Under the pieces are notes generated by a model, which was given only the letters and a program-made list of their open reading frames with translations, ran no database searches and was not told the DNA's origin. The position numbers were made by a program, and so were the translations under genes. 63,941 nucleotides of DNA from Myxococcota bacterium (GTDB lineage: Bacteria; Myxococcota_A; SURF-8; G963663525), in the NCBI GenBank assembly GCA_963676915.2, contig CAXXVK010000070.1:1-63941 (forward strand), read 5' to 3'. Positions 19,959 through 29,593 of this stretch are shown here, piece by piece. The stretch's first letter is position 1. The number at the start of each line of letters is the position of its first letter.

Positions 19959-20618
19959 ATGAAAAAACAAAAGTACCTTTTTCTAAATGGAATATTGATT
20001 GCGTTGTTGTTGATAACGGGATGCGTTCATTCAAAGCAGGCAAACAGAGGTGAAGAAAGAGGGAAAAGCATAGGTTCAAGTGGGCAAAATCGTGAAGAAA
20101 TGGGAACCCAAGGACCGAAAGATTTAATTAGTCAGGCGGTGTTAGGACCGTCAGACGTGATCGACATACAGGTCTTTAAAGAAAAGGACTTGAGTGGTGT
20201 CTATCGTATCAACAACGACGGTACCATCATCTTTCCGTTGATCGGTTCGATCGATGTGGACGGGAAGACCGCCAACATGGTCGCTACGGATTTGCAGGAA
20301 GGGTTGAAGACCTACTTGAAGAAGCCGTATGTTTCCGTTTTCGTAAAGGAATTCAATAGCAAAAAAGTCTATGTTTTCGGCCAGGTCAAGCGTCCGGGAA
20401 CGTTTAAATTCGAAGAGCGGATGAACGTGGTTCAGGCTATCACACTTGCTGGTGGTTTTTCGGAACGCGCCGCTCGGGATTCGACAAGCGTTACGCGAAT
20501 CGTCGAAGGTAAGGAAACGCGCATTACCGTCAAAGTCGATGAAATCGGGCACGGTAGAGCACCGAATTTCTTCCTGGAACCGGGCGATATCGTTTACATT
20601 CCCGAGGGCTTTTTCTAA
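19959..20618 (+). CDS. wza: Short polysaccharide export (OPX/Wza-family) lipoprotein: Poly_export + SLBB domains only
   Basis: Lipobox LITGC, LGPSDVIDIQVF...DGTIIFPLIG, VYVFGQVKRPG...AITLAGGF and LEPGDIVYIPE. The protein ends at 219 aa with no C-terminal OM helix. Confidence 0.88.
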   Translation: MKKQKYLFLNGILIALLLITGCVHSKQANRGEERGKSIGSSGQNREEMGTQGPKDLISQAVLGPSDVIDIQVFKEKDLSGVYRINNDGTIIFPLIGSIDVDGKTANMVATDLQEGLKTYLKKPYVSVFVKEFNSKKVYVFGQVKRPGTFKFEERMNVVQAITLAGGFSERAARDSTSVTRIVEGKETRITVKVDEIGHGRAPNFFLEPGDIVYIPEGFF

Positions 20619-20738
20619 ACCTTTCGAAGGATTCGAAAGATCGGCGCTCCAAAAGGCAAGGCTAAAAGAGGGGGAAAAGCGACGTCGCCAAAGACGATCG
20701 ATAAAGAAATTCTGTCCTGGAGGCAAGCCGATACGATT

Positions 20739-22661
20739 GTGGTTTGGAGCTTTTTCCTTGTTTCTGTGATCGTTTATGCCTTTTTGTCCTGTCGTGACAT
20801 GCTTTGGAACGATTCGGCGGAGATCGTCGTTGCCGCGCGGACTCTTTCTGTTTTACATCCAAGTGGATATCCCTGGTACAGTCTGATGACCTCTGGGCTG
20901 TGGTTTCTTCTGGGTTCCTGGGGAGCATTTGCAGTCAATGCTTTCTCAGGAATCGGCGCTGCGGTCTGTGTTTTTCCCTTGTATGCTGCGGCTCGACGAT
21001 GGACGAACTCCTCTTTGCTTAGTCTTTCCTTTGCGATTGTTTTGGTTTTCAGCCTGGAAATGCTGACCTTTGGAACGCTTGCCGAAGTGTATACCTGGCA
21101 TGTGGTATTACAAGCGATCCTGTTTTACGGCTTCGTCCGATGGTTTTCCCTTACTCCCGCACAACGAGAAACCTCAAAAGAACGCCGCTGGCTGCTGTGT
21201 ACGGTAGCCGGTGGTTTTGGGTTCGGGATGGCTCATCATCTCACCACCTCGTGGTGGATTCCCGTTTTCGTCGTGCTGGCAATCGTTTTTCGAAAAAAAT
21301 TTCCCAAAGATTTTCGTTTTTGGATCACGGCTTGTCTCATCGCGGGAGTCGGACTTTGCAGTTACGCTATACTTCCGTGGCGATCCTCTGAGCAGCCCTT
21401 TCTTGATTACGGGGCGACTTCTGCAAGTTTCTTTCACTTCTTGTCGCACGTAACGGGGCAGATGTTCGGGTATCGGCTGGGATTCGCGGGGTGGGACGGT
21501 CTTGCGCGCAACGGCGGTATCTTTTTGGAGTCCCTAGGGAAAAACTGGCCATGGCCGTTGTTTGTCGGAGTCCTACCCGGACTTTTTCGACTTCGTGACC
21601 TTCGAAAAGAGGTCTTACTGACTTTAGGCGTTTGGTGGATTTGTGGCCTGTTGTTTTGCCTGTTGTATACCGTACCCGATCCGGAAGGGTATTATTTGGC
21701 GCTATACCTTCCTCTGGGGGGCGTGGCTCTCGTGGGGTGGGTGACCATCCTTCGGTGGGTGGTAGCGTCACGATGGAAGAAAGCGGAATGGCTGCTTCCG
21801 GTGGTTTGCGTGTTGCTGGTGCTTCCGCAGACCTTGCAGGCCGATCGCTCGGAAGACCATTCCTTGAGCGATCTCACCCGTCTTCTGTGGCAGGACACGC
21901 CGAAAGGAACCTTGTTGATCACTCAGGATCTCAGCCTGATGTTTTCGACGGTATCGATGCAGTTGGACAAAAAAATACCCAAGGAAAACCGTGTCGTGGC
22001 GGAATACCTGCTGCCTTTGCCCTGGTATCGGGAGCATCTTCGAACACAGTATCCCGATCTGAAATTTCCTCGGGATATCGAAAAAGACCTGATTCGCAGA
22101 GTAGAAGAAGCGAACGATATCCAAGGGAAAAAGCACGGTGATGCTATGCAGCGTCTGGCGGGAGAGATTGCACGTTCTCTGGCCGAGTGGAATCTCGATG
22201 AGAGAGACGTACGATTGTATCGAGCGGAAAACATGGACATTCCTGACCGTTGGGGAACGTGCTACCTGTTGGATCAAGGCTTGACGGCTCAGGTGTCGCG
22301 AACCAGGCGAAAGGCTCCGTTGTGGAATTGTAAGGTGCCTGAACGGTATCGAGAGCCGAACGGTTGGAGTCCTGGAGAAACGACAGTAGCAACCCGTCTG
22401 GCCACCTCCTGCAATCGTCTGGGAATCCGGTTGTATGAAAGCGGCAGAAATGCCGAAGCGCTTGCGGCGATCCGGCAAGCGGTGAAAATAGATCCCGAAT
22501 ACGATGCAGCATATAAAAACCTGGGTGTATTGTTGCTCAATCGCTTTCAGGACGAAGAGGGTGCGCGAGCGGCCTGGATTCGATACCGGGAGTTGGCGGG
22601 ACATCGCATGGATGCAGCGATTCGAACATGGTTGGAGAGTCACAAGGAGTCCAATCCATGA
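20739..22661 (+). CDS. DUF2723/TMEM260-like GT-C glycosyltransferase with C-terminal TPR
   Basis: WNDSAEIV...LHPSGYPWY, LAEVYTWH, GMAHHLT, multiple TM helices, terminal TPR (AYKNLGV). Confidence 0.8.
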   Translation: MVWSFFLVSVIVYAFLSCRDMLWNDSAEIVVAARTLSVLHPSGYPWYSLMTSGLWFLLGSWGAFAVNAFSGIGAAVCVFPLYAAARRWTNSSLLSLSFAIVLVFSLEMLTFGTLAEVYTWHVVLQAILFYGFVRWFSLTPAQRETSKERRWLLCTVAGGFGFGMAHHLTTSWWIPVFVVLAIVFRKKFPKDFRFWITACLIAGVGLCSYAILPWRSSEQPFLDYGATSASFFHFLSHVTGQMFGYRLGFAGWDGLARNGGIFLESLGKNWPWPLFVGVLPGLFRLRDLRKEVLLTLGVWWICGLLFCLLYTVPDPEGYYLALYLPLGGVALVGWVTILRWVVASRWKKAEWLLPVVCVLLVLPQTLQADRSEDHSLSDLTRLLWQDTPKGTLLITQDLSLMFSTVSMQLDKKIPKENRVVAEYLLPLPWYREHLRTQYPDLKFPRDIEKDLIRRVEEANDIQGKKHGDAMQRLAGEIARSLAEWNLDERDVRLYRAENMDIPDRWGTCYLLDQGLTAQVSRTRRKAPLWNCKVPERYREPNGWSPGETTVATRLATSCNRLGIRLYESGRNAEALAAIRQAVKIDPEYDAAYKNLGVLLLNRFQDEEGARAAWIRYRELAGHRMDAAIRTWLESHKESNP

Positions 22662-23206
22662 GCTTCACTCGCAATTTGATGCTGGTATGGTCGTTTTTGT
22701 GCTTTGGGATTGTTTTATTACCGATACAAGGTTGGGCCGAAGAACCATCGGAGACTGAAAAAGAATCTGCCGTTTCTGCCTGGCGTCTGGAACCGATGGT
22801 CGGAGCGGGAGGACTTTTTTCGCGAGGAGCGAGCAATCCTGTCTTGTTGACCGATGTCAGATTTTCGTACGTTTTCGAGGATTTCTGGCGGCTTGGATTT
22901 ATGCATTCCTCGCGTTCTCTGCCATGGAGGAAGGATCGAAGTTTCTTTCATATTCCCGGTGTCGAAAGCGAAATCCGCCCGTTATCCTGGCTGGGGTGCG
23001 GGGTGGGTGTCGGTCCTGCGCTCGCCACTTTGAAATCAGGGAAAAGCCGTGAATTCGCTACGGGATTCGGGTGGACGTTGCATGTTTCCACCGAATGGCT
23101 ACCGACACGGCACGTTGGGATAGGCGCAAAAATCTTTTTGCAACAGATGCTTGTTCGTCGCTCGTTGTACTCGGCGGTCGGAGGTGTCGCCGGAGACCGG
23201 TGTTAG
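22658..23206 (+). CDS. Hypothetical exported protein, possibly a small OM beta-barrel
   Basis: Signal peptide (..QGWA), Gly/aromatic alternating strands, overlap with the upstream stop (ATGA). The 3' end is uncertain. Confidence 0.5.
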   Translation: MSFTRNLMLVWSFLCFGIVLLPIQGWAEEPSETEKESAVSAWRLEPMVGAGGLFSRGASNPVLLTDVRFSYVFEDFWRLGFMHSSRSLPWRKDRSFFHIPGVESEIRPLSWLGCGVGVGPALATLKSGKSREFATGFGWTLHVSTEWLPTRHVGIGAKIFLQQMLVRRSLYSAVGGVAGDRC

Positions 23207-23239
23207 TCTGGTAATGTCTGCGTAGAGCGAAACCTGCGT

Positions 23240-25408
23240 TTATGGAGTGGTGAATTCCTGGATCTGGATGTTGTCGAGGTTCTCGATTCTTTCGTGATTG
23301 TAAATCGTTGTGTGAGAGCCGTTGACGGTGTGATACAGGTGGTCGTACAGTTCCATCAACGAAGCTTCTTGATTCTCCCGGGCAAAGCTGACGAATTTGT
23401 GGGCGAAGCGGTCGGCGGTCCATGCGCCGGTTTCGGGGTCGTATTCAGACCCCAGAGAGCTTTCATACCCATTGGCTCCACTGAAAAGCACAACGTCCGT
23501 CAGATTCCAGGATTCGTTTGCAAGCTCTTCCCCATGGCCCCGCCGTAGCAGGCTTCCAATTTGATCAAAACCTGACGAAATCGGTCGTTTTCCTGCATAT
23601 TCAAAAACGTATCGGCCAGCAAAAACGGATCGAGCAAATCGTTTTCCCCGAGGAAGACGCCGTTGCGGCTTCCATGCCCTACGATGAAGACGTAAAGGTT
23701 GTCGGAGGCCGTGCTTTCGATCACTTTGGGAACTCGAATACTTGCCTCACCCGCGAGGATGTCCATAAGATCGAGAGCGGTGATATCCTCCAGCAGATAA
23801 TCGATGGTAGCGTCTTTGTAGACGTTCGGGCCTTCTTTTTCGTTTCGAACCACACCGGGAAGCTTGTTGTCGGGATGGTTGGCGATATCGTCGGCAACAA
23901 TCAGAATGATGTTGTCATCCGACAGGCCGAGGCTGCGCAGCATCTGATAGTCCGCCAGAGCATCGGCCTGATGGCGGTAGTTCTGCCAACCGGATGACGT
24001 AGCGATGACAAGCGCCCAGGTTCCCGTTTTTTCAGGGAGTTCGGAGCCTGTTCCACCCGAAAGGCTTTGCATGTTTTCATCGGAAGCGATGGATTTGAAG
24101 ATGGCCTGTGTAGACTGCGATCCCGCGCTTTGACCGTCTTTCGACGATAGGTATTCTTTGACGACAAATTCACTGTCTTCGATTTCCCAGACCCCGAAAA
24201 TGGATCGTACGAGGTCGGTGTGGTCTTCCTCGTCGTATTCCAGCGGTCCCGTCGCACCGGTGATGTCCGGTAAGGTTCCCTGTCGGATCGCTTCCATGGC
24301 TTGGATCATCCCGTCGCCATCCCATTCGGTTTTTTCCCCGCGAGCGTCTACGATCTCCATCATCGCGTCGGCTAAGGTTTCTCCTCCTTCGCCTTTCGAT
24401 TGTTGAAGACCGTAGGCGATGATCGCCAGCGCGTCGTAACAGTTGGCGGCGTAGGCCGAGGGGATGTGACCGAAATGTTTCTTGTAGGCGTATTGAAAAC
24501 CGCCGACGGGATCGAAGCCCATTCCCAGGCCGCGCAACCCTTCGGCTTTACCCGATGTTTCCGTTACGACCGAGGTATACGTGCCGCCATCGCTGAACAG
24601 CAATTGGGCCGTTCCCCCTTTTTGCTTGTAAGCGTCGTATTGTTCTACGATACAGATTGCCGTTTCCGGTCGGAAGGAACGGCGAAAATCATTTCGGGAG
24701 CGGCGGCCAGCAGACCCGCCATATGTGTATCGCAGGTTTCGTTTGCCTGGTCATATTGTTCGAGTCCCGCCACTTTCATGTCCATTTCCGTAGCGAAAAG
24801 CCGAACCAGTCGAAAAACGTCGCTCCGTAAGTGTCGGTGGAGGTAATCAGACCGACGGATTCCACTTCTTCCTTGGCGGCAACGATAAACATGGTGCGTA
24901 GCTGGGCCACATCCGATTCCAGCGTTCGCCAGATGTATTTCTGACCGGCGAAAGCTTTGAAGATCATGGCTGCCGTGGCGGCAGGTGTAACCAATACTTT
25001 TTTCTGTTGAATGAATTTTTCGGCGAGATTGAACGTGTCCGATGAGGAATCTGTACCGATCACCGCCACGATGTCATCATCGTCAAGTAGCTCCTGTGCC
25101 GCTTCTTCCACATCCATCTTGCCGATGTCTTTCCAGACGAGTTTCAAAGGGTGTCCGTCGATTCCACCGGCAGCATTGACGTTTTCTACGGCCCATTCCA
25201 GGGGTTCTTCATAGCCGAGTTCGGCAAGACCGGATTTCGGCAGAAGAACGCCCACTTCCACGGCACTGCCGGAAAGCTGTACCGAACCGTCGTTCGTGCA
25301 GTTCTCGGTTTTTTCGCAGTCGTTGCAGCCGGAGCAGGCAAACAGGTGGAACAGCATTGTTCCGAAGAGTATAAAAGTGGTGATTAGCGGTATTTTTCGT
25401 TCGGACAT
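23240..25408 (-). CDS. Lipoprotein fusing a type I periplasmic-binding (LivJ-like) domain to a C13 legumain-like cysteine peptidase; apparent frameshifts near 24790 and 23500
   Basis: N-terminal part: VGVLLPKSG...AVENVNAAGGIDGHPL, YAANCYDA, DITGATGPLEYD. C-terminal part: WALVIATSSGWQNYRHQAD, FIVGHG (catalytic His), LEACYGG (catalytic Cys). Built from ORFs 24776-25459, 23500-24603 and 23240-23491. Confidence 0.75.
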
Positions 25409-25477
25409 CGTACGGTACCTTGATCTCGAAGCGAAGGTGTTTCCCCCCAGTTGATCCAATGAACTGATAGTAAGTGA

Positions 25478-26158
25478 TTATACCCGTTTTTTTGCAAGAT
25501 ACACTATACTTTCATGCTGGTGGTCCATTTCTCGAAATTCACAGTGAGCCGGTTCCATCCATTGATGGCGTTCGGCGGATTGTATCTCGAATCCATGGGT
25601 TTGGAACAGTGCTTCCGTCATTTCCCGTGACATAAAGCGGTAAAAATACTTGTCGCGGTACAGATATTCTCCCGCTCCCAGTGACGTCATGTCAATGGAG
25701 GCGATACCGTCTTTTTCGTCGGGAATGTTGCAGAGCAAAAGACCTCCCGGGGCGAGGACTCTGGAGATTTCACCCAAGGCAGCGTCGAGATCCGGCAAGG
25801 TTTCGGCGGTGTCCCAGAGAAGGACGAAAGAGAAAAAACCGTCGGAATACGGGAGTTTCGACAGGTTGCAGGAGACTGTCTCGACCTTCGACCGAATGGG
25901 GCCATCGATTTTATTCAACGCATGTTCGGAGGCATCGCAGGCATAGCAGCATCCCGGTAACGTCAGCAATGCCGCCAGATTCCTTCCTTCACCGGTCGCG
26001 GCGTCGAGAATGTTGGAATGCTCGTGCAGCGATGTGGCTATCCGTTCGAGGAAGTGCTCCAGGGCGGGAGTCGGAGAAAACCCCCATACGTAATCCGGGA
26101 CTCGTGCGTACAAGTCGTCCCAAGCCTGAATGTTCTTGTTGTCGCGGTTCTTGCTCAT
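25478..26158 (-). CDS. Class I SAM-dependent methyltransferase
   Basis: ILDAATGEGRN (motif I), LPYSDGFFSFV and EISRVLAPGGLLL. Confidence 0.85.
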   Translation of the reverse strand: MSKNRDNKNIQAWDDLYARVPDYVWGFSPTPALEHFLERIATSLHEHSNILDAATGEGRNLAALLTLPGCCYACDASEHALNKIDGPIRSKVETVSCNLSKLPYSDGFFSFVLLWDTAETLPDLDAALGEISRVLAPGGLLLCNIPDEKDGIASIDMTSLGAGEYLYRDKYFYRFMSREMTEALFQTHGFEIQSAERHQWMEPAHCEFREMDHQHESIVYLAKKRV

Positions 26159-26243
26159 GGAGAGGCATCATAGCATGGGATGGGTAAATTTCTGAAAATT
26201 TGATTGAAAATGGACGATTTTCAGCAAAATGGTGTGAGATAGC

Positions 26244-27206
26244 CTACTTGTGCTGTTGGCTGTTGTTTCTGACGATTCGGGCGTTTCGTTTCAGGCGTTG
26301 CAGATCGATGCGCATCAGTGCGGTTCCCTCGAAACGTTTTCTAAAAGCTTCATCGTTTTCCAGGGCGCCGATTTCGTCGAGCGGAAACCGTGCGGGAAGC
26401 TTTTCGATCGCGAAATCGGGAGTATTGGTGGGAGCGATGTCACGGTTGTAGGGACAGACCTGCTGGCAGGTGTCGCAGCCGAACAGTCGATTCCCCATGG
26501 TTCGTGCCAACTCTTCCGGGATGTCCCCTTTGTGCTCGATGGTCAGGTAATTGATGCAGCGCCGCGCATCGAGAACGTAAGGCTCCCGTAGCGCTCCGGT
26601 AGGGCAGACATCGAGGCAACGGCGGCAATCCTTGCAATCGATGTCTAGAGGGGCATCCTCGGGCCAGGAAAAGCTACTTACGACCGTGGCCAGGAACAGA
26701 AACGAGCCGTGTTCGGGGTGAATCAGGCAGGTGTTTTTCCCGATAAATCCCAAACCGCTCTGCTGAGCGTAGGCGCGCTCGAAAAGGGGGCGACTGTCCA
26801 CCGTCGCGGTGTGGTTTCCACCGAAAGACGCCAGCCACGTCACCAGCTTTTTCAGCTTTTTACGAAAGACGTTGTGGTAGTTCCGGCCTCGTGCATAGCG
26901 CGAAATGACGCCGTAGGGAGCACTTGTTTCCGTGTTTTCAGGTTTTGTCGCGTAACTCAAGGCTAGGACCAGCACGCTTTTTGCATCGGGGAGCAGGTCG
27001 CGGGCTTCTCTGTGACGGTGATGCGGGGCGGTAATCCAGTCCATCCCGGCGTGCATTTCTTGCGAAAGCCACCGGTCGAAGGCTTCTTGATGGTTTGGAG
27101 GAAGGCTGGCCGGAGCAAAGCGCACGAAAGCGAATCCCAATTCTCCGGCCTTGGCGATCACGTCTTCGCGCAAAGGCGGAGGTGGAGACTCGGAACGATG
27201 GGACAT
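26244..27206 (-). CDS. queG: tRNA epoxyqueuosine(34) reductase
   Basis: ISRYARGRNYH, VDSRPLFER, GFIGKNT, CKDCRRCLDVCPTGA, DARRCINYLTIE and FGCDTCQQVCPYN. Confidence 0.93.
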   Translation of the reverse strand: MSHRSESPPPPLREDVIAKAGELGFAFVRFAPASLPPNHQEAFDRWLSQEMHAGMDWITAPHHRHREARDLLPDAKSVLVLALSYATKPENTETSAPYGVISRYARGRNYHNVFRKKLKKLVTWLASFGGNHTATVDSRPLFERAYAQQSGLGFIGKNTCLIHPEHGSFLFLATVVSSFSWPEDAPLDIDCKDCRRCLDVCPTGALREPYVLDARRCINYLTIEHKGDIPEELARTMGNRLFGCDTCQQVCPYNRDIAPTNTPDFAIEKLPARFPLDEIGALENDEAFRKRFEGTALMRIDLQRLKRNARIVRNNSQQHK

Positions 27207-27225
27207 GAAACACCCTGGGAAAATG

Positions 27226-27250
27226 AAAAAGCCTCCCCTTTCGGGGAGGC
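27226..27250 (-). terminator. Rho-independent terminator downstream of purA
   Basis: GCCTCCCC-TTTC-GGGGAGGC preceded by AAAAA, i.e. a U-tract on the minus strand. Confidence 0.8.
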
Positions 27251-27257
27251 CGGAGAA

Positions 27258-28550
27258 TCAGTTTTCCGGTCGGAAGGGATTGCTTAGGATGATGGTGCTG
27301 CCTCGTTGCGGTCCTAGTGAGATCAGCACGATAGGCGTGTCGGCGAGTTCTTCGATGCGCCGGAGGTAGGTCTTGACCTTATTGGGCAGATCTTCCCAGG
27401 TGCGGATTTCGCTAATGTCTTCCATCCAGCCGTCATGCTCTTCGTAGATCGGTTCGCAGTCGGTAAGAACCTCTGGGAAGCAGGGGAATTCTTCGAAGCG
27501 CTCGTTGCCTCGTTGATAACCCACGCAGATTTTGATTTTTTCCAGCTTGGAAAGCACGTCGAGCTTGGTCACGGCCAGACCTGTAAAGCCGTTGAGCCGC
27601 ACCGCTCGGCGCAGGACGACGGCGTCGAGCCATCCGCAACGACGGGGGCGGCCCGTGGTCGCTCCGAATTCCTTGCCTTCCGCCTGAAGCATTTCACCCG
27701 TTTCGTCGTTCAGTTCCGTGGGGAACGGACCTTCGCCAACGCGGGTGGTGTAGGCTTTGGTGACGCCTACGACATCGTTGATTTTTCCCGGTCCGATGCC
27801 CAGCCCGCAGCAGGCGGCACCGGCCAGGGTGTTCGAGGACGTGACGAAAGGATAGGTGCCGTGGTCGATGTCGAGCATCGTTCCTTGTGCGCCTTCGAAA
27901 AGAATCTGGCGTCCCTGGTGAATGAAGTTATCGACATACAGGGCCGTGTCGTCCATGTACGGTCGCAGCAGGTTGCCCGATTCGAGGGCTTTGGGAAGGA
28001 TTTCGTCCACTTCCATCGGAGTTTCGCCATAGTATTTTTCGATGACGAAGTTGTGGTATTCCAGCGCGAAACGGATCTTCTTTTCCAGAATTTCCGCGTC
28101 GAGCAGATCCCGCATTCGCAGTCCTCGCCGGGCGGCGCGGTCTTCGTAACAGGGACCGATACCACGGCCGGTGGTGCCGATTTTCAAGCCTTTTTCCCTC
28201 AGAGCGTCGAGCTTGCGGTGGTAGGGCATGATCACGCTGGCGTCGTAGCTCAGGCGCAGACGGTCGGTGTTTTTCAAGTAGCCATGTTGCCGCAGAAGCT
28301 GGATTTCCGACCACAGCACCTCGGCATCGACAACCAGGCCGGAGCCGATGACGCAGGTTTTTCCTTTGTGCAACACCCCGGAAGGAACGAGGTGAAGGAT
28401 GGTTTTCTTGCCATCGACGACCAGGGTATGACCTGCGTTGTTGCCTCCCTGAAAACGAACGGTCGCATCGGCGAACGTACTAAGAATATCGACGACCTTG
28501 CCTTTTCCCTCGTCTCCCCATTGGGAGCCTACCACGACGACGTTTGCCAA
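27258..28550 (-). CDS. purA: Adenylosuccinate synthetase
   Basis: GSQWGDEGKGK, RFQGGNNAGHT, IGTTGRGIGP, EGAQG and GATTGRPRRCGWLD. Confidence 0.98.
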   Translation of the reverse strand: MANVVVVGSQWGDEGKGKVVDILSTFADATVRFQGGNNAGHTLVVDGKKTILHLVPSGVLHKGKTCVIGSGLVVDAEVLWSEIQLLRQHGYLKNTDRLRLSYDASVIMPYHRKLDALREKGLKIGTTGRGIGPCYEDRAARRGLRMRDLLDAEILEKKIRFALEYHNFVIEKYYGETPMEVDEILPKALESGNLLRPYMDDTALYVDNFIHQGRQILFEGAQGTMLDIDHGTYPFVTSSNTLAGAACCGLGIGPGKINDVVGVTKAYTTRVGEGPFPTELNDETGEMLQAEGKEFGATTGRPRRCGWLDAVVLRRAVRLNGFTGLAVTKLDVLSKLEKIKICVGYQRGNERFEEFPCFPEVLTDCEPIYEEHDGWMEDISEIRTWEDLPNKVKTYLRRIEELADTPIVLISLGPQRGSTIILSNPFRPEN

Positions 28551-28622
28551 AGCATGCCTTCCTTTGCCCTCCTTCCATTATGCAAAACCGGATAAATGGA
28601 AGTATTTACGGGCGGTTAATGA

Positions 28623-29579
28623 TTATTTGAGCATCTCTTGGTTGACGATGTTCATTGCACGGTCCTCCAACAGGTAGGCGGCCACTTGATCGGCGGCAGC
28701 CACCGCGCAGTTATCCTGTGCTTCTTTCGTACTTGCCCCGAGATGCGGCGTACAGATCACGTTGGGATGCTGCACCAGCGGGTGATTCTCTCCGGGGGGC
28801 TCGGTGGCGAAAACGTCCACCGCCGCACCGGCGATTTTTCCTTCGTTCAGGGCTTCGAGAAGGGCGTCCTCGTCCACGATGCCACCACGGGCGGCGTGAA
28901 TCAGGTACGTCCCGTTTTTCATTTTATGGAAAGCGGCCTTATCGATCAAGCCCCGAGTTTTTTCTCCCAATGGGACGTGAATCGTCAGGATGTCCGCCTC
29001 GGTCAGCAAGGTATCCCAGTCCACCGGTTTTACGCCGTTGCCGTAGATTTCGGCAGCGGAAAGAACCGGGTCGAAACCGATGACGTTCATGCGCAGACCC
29101 AAGGCGCGGTCCGCAACGATCCGGCCGACGCGGCCAAGACCCAGCACGCCCAGGGTTTTCCCGCAGATTTCATGGCCCAGAAGGCGGCTTTTGGCCCATT
29201 CACCGGCCTTGAGCGTCGCCGTTCCCTGGGGGATGTTGCGCATCAGAGACATCATCAGCGCGATGGCGTGTTCGGCGGTGGTGGTGGTGTTCTGACCGGG
29301 GGTGTTGCTGACACGGATTCCCAGCTCACCGGCTCGTTTTTTATCGATATTGTCCGTACCGGTTCCGGCGCGGGCGATGAACTTCAGCTTGGAAGCGTTG
29401 TCCAGGATCTCGCTCGTAACTTTGGTGGCGCTACGAACGACCAGTCCTTCGTACTCGCCGATGATTTTGGCCAGTTCTTCGGGGCTGAGTCCGGTATTGA
29501 CATCCACATCCAGCCCTTTTTTACGCAAAAGGCTTTCGGCCAGAGGGGACATTTTGTCGCTGATCAGCACTTTCGGCAT
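28623..29579 (-). CDS. serA: D-3-phosphoglycerate dehydrogenase, short form without regulatory domains
   Basis: VVRSATKV, RAGTGTDNID, GVLGLGRVG, AARGGIVDE, DVFATEP and TPHLGAST; 318 aa; downstream of a class V aminotransferase. Confidence 0.85.
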   Translation of the reverse strand: MPKVLISDKMSPLAESLLRKKGLDVDVNTGLSPEELAKIIGEYEGLVVRSATKVTSEILDNASKLKFIARAGTGTDNIDKKRAGELGIRVSNTPGQNTTTTAEHAIALMMSLMRNIPQGTATLKAGEWAKSRLLGHEICGKTLGVLGLGRVGRIVADRALGLRMNVIGFDPVLSAAEIYGNGVKPVDWDTLLTEADILTIHVPLGEKTRGLIDKAAFHKMKNGTYLIHAARGGIVDEDALLEALNEGKIAGAAVDVFATEPPGENHPLVQHPNVICTPHLGASTKEAQDNCAVAAADQVAAYLLEDRAMNIVNQEMLK

Positions 29580-29593
29580 GATGTTTCCCCTTT

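Noticed and set aside
23240-25408. Branched-chain amino-acid ABC transporter operon
   Set aside because: No permease or ATPase genes are adjacent, and the binding domain is fused to a peptidase.
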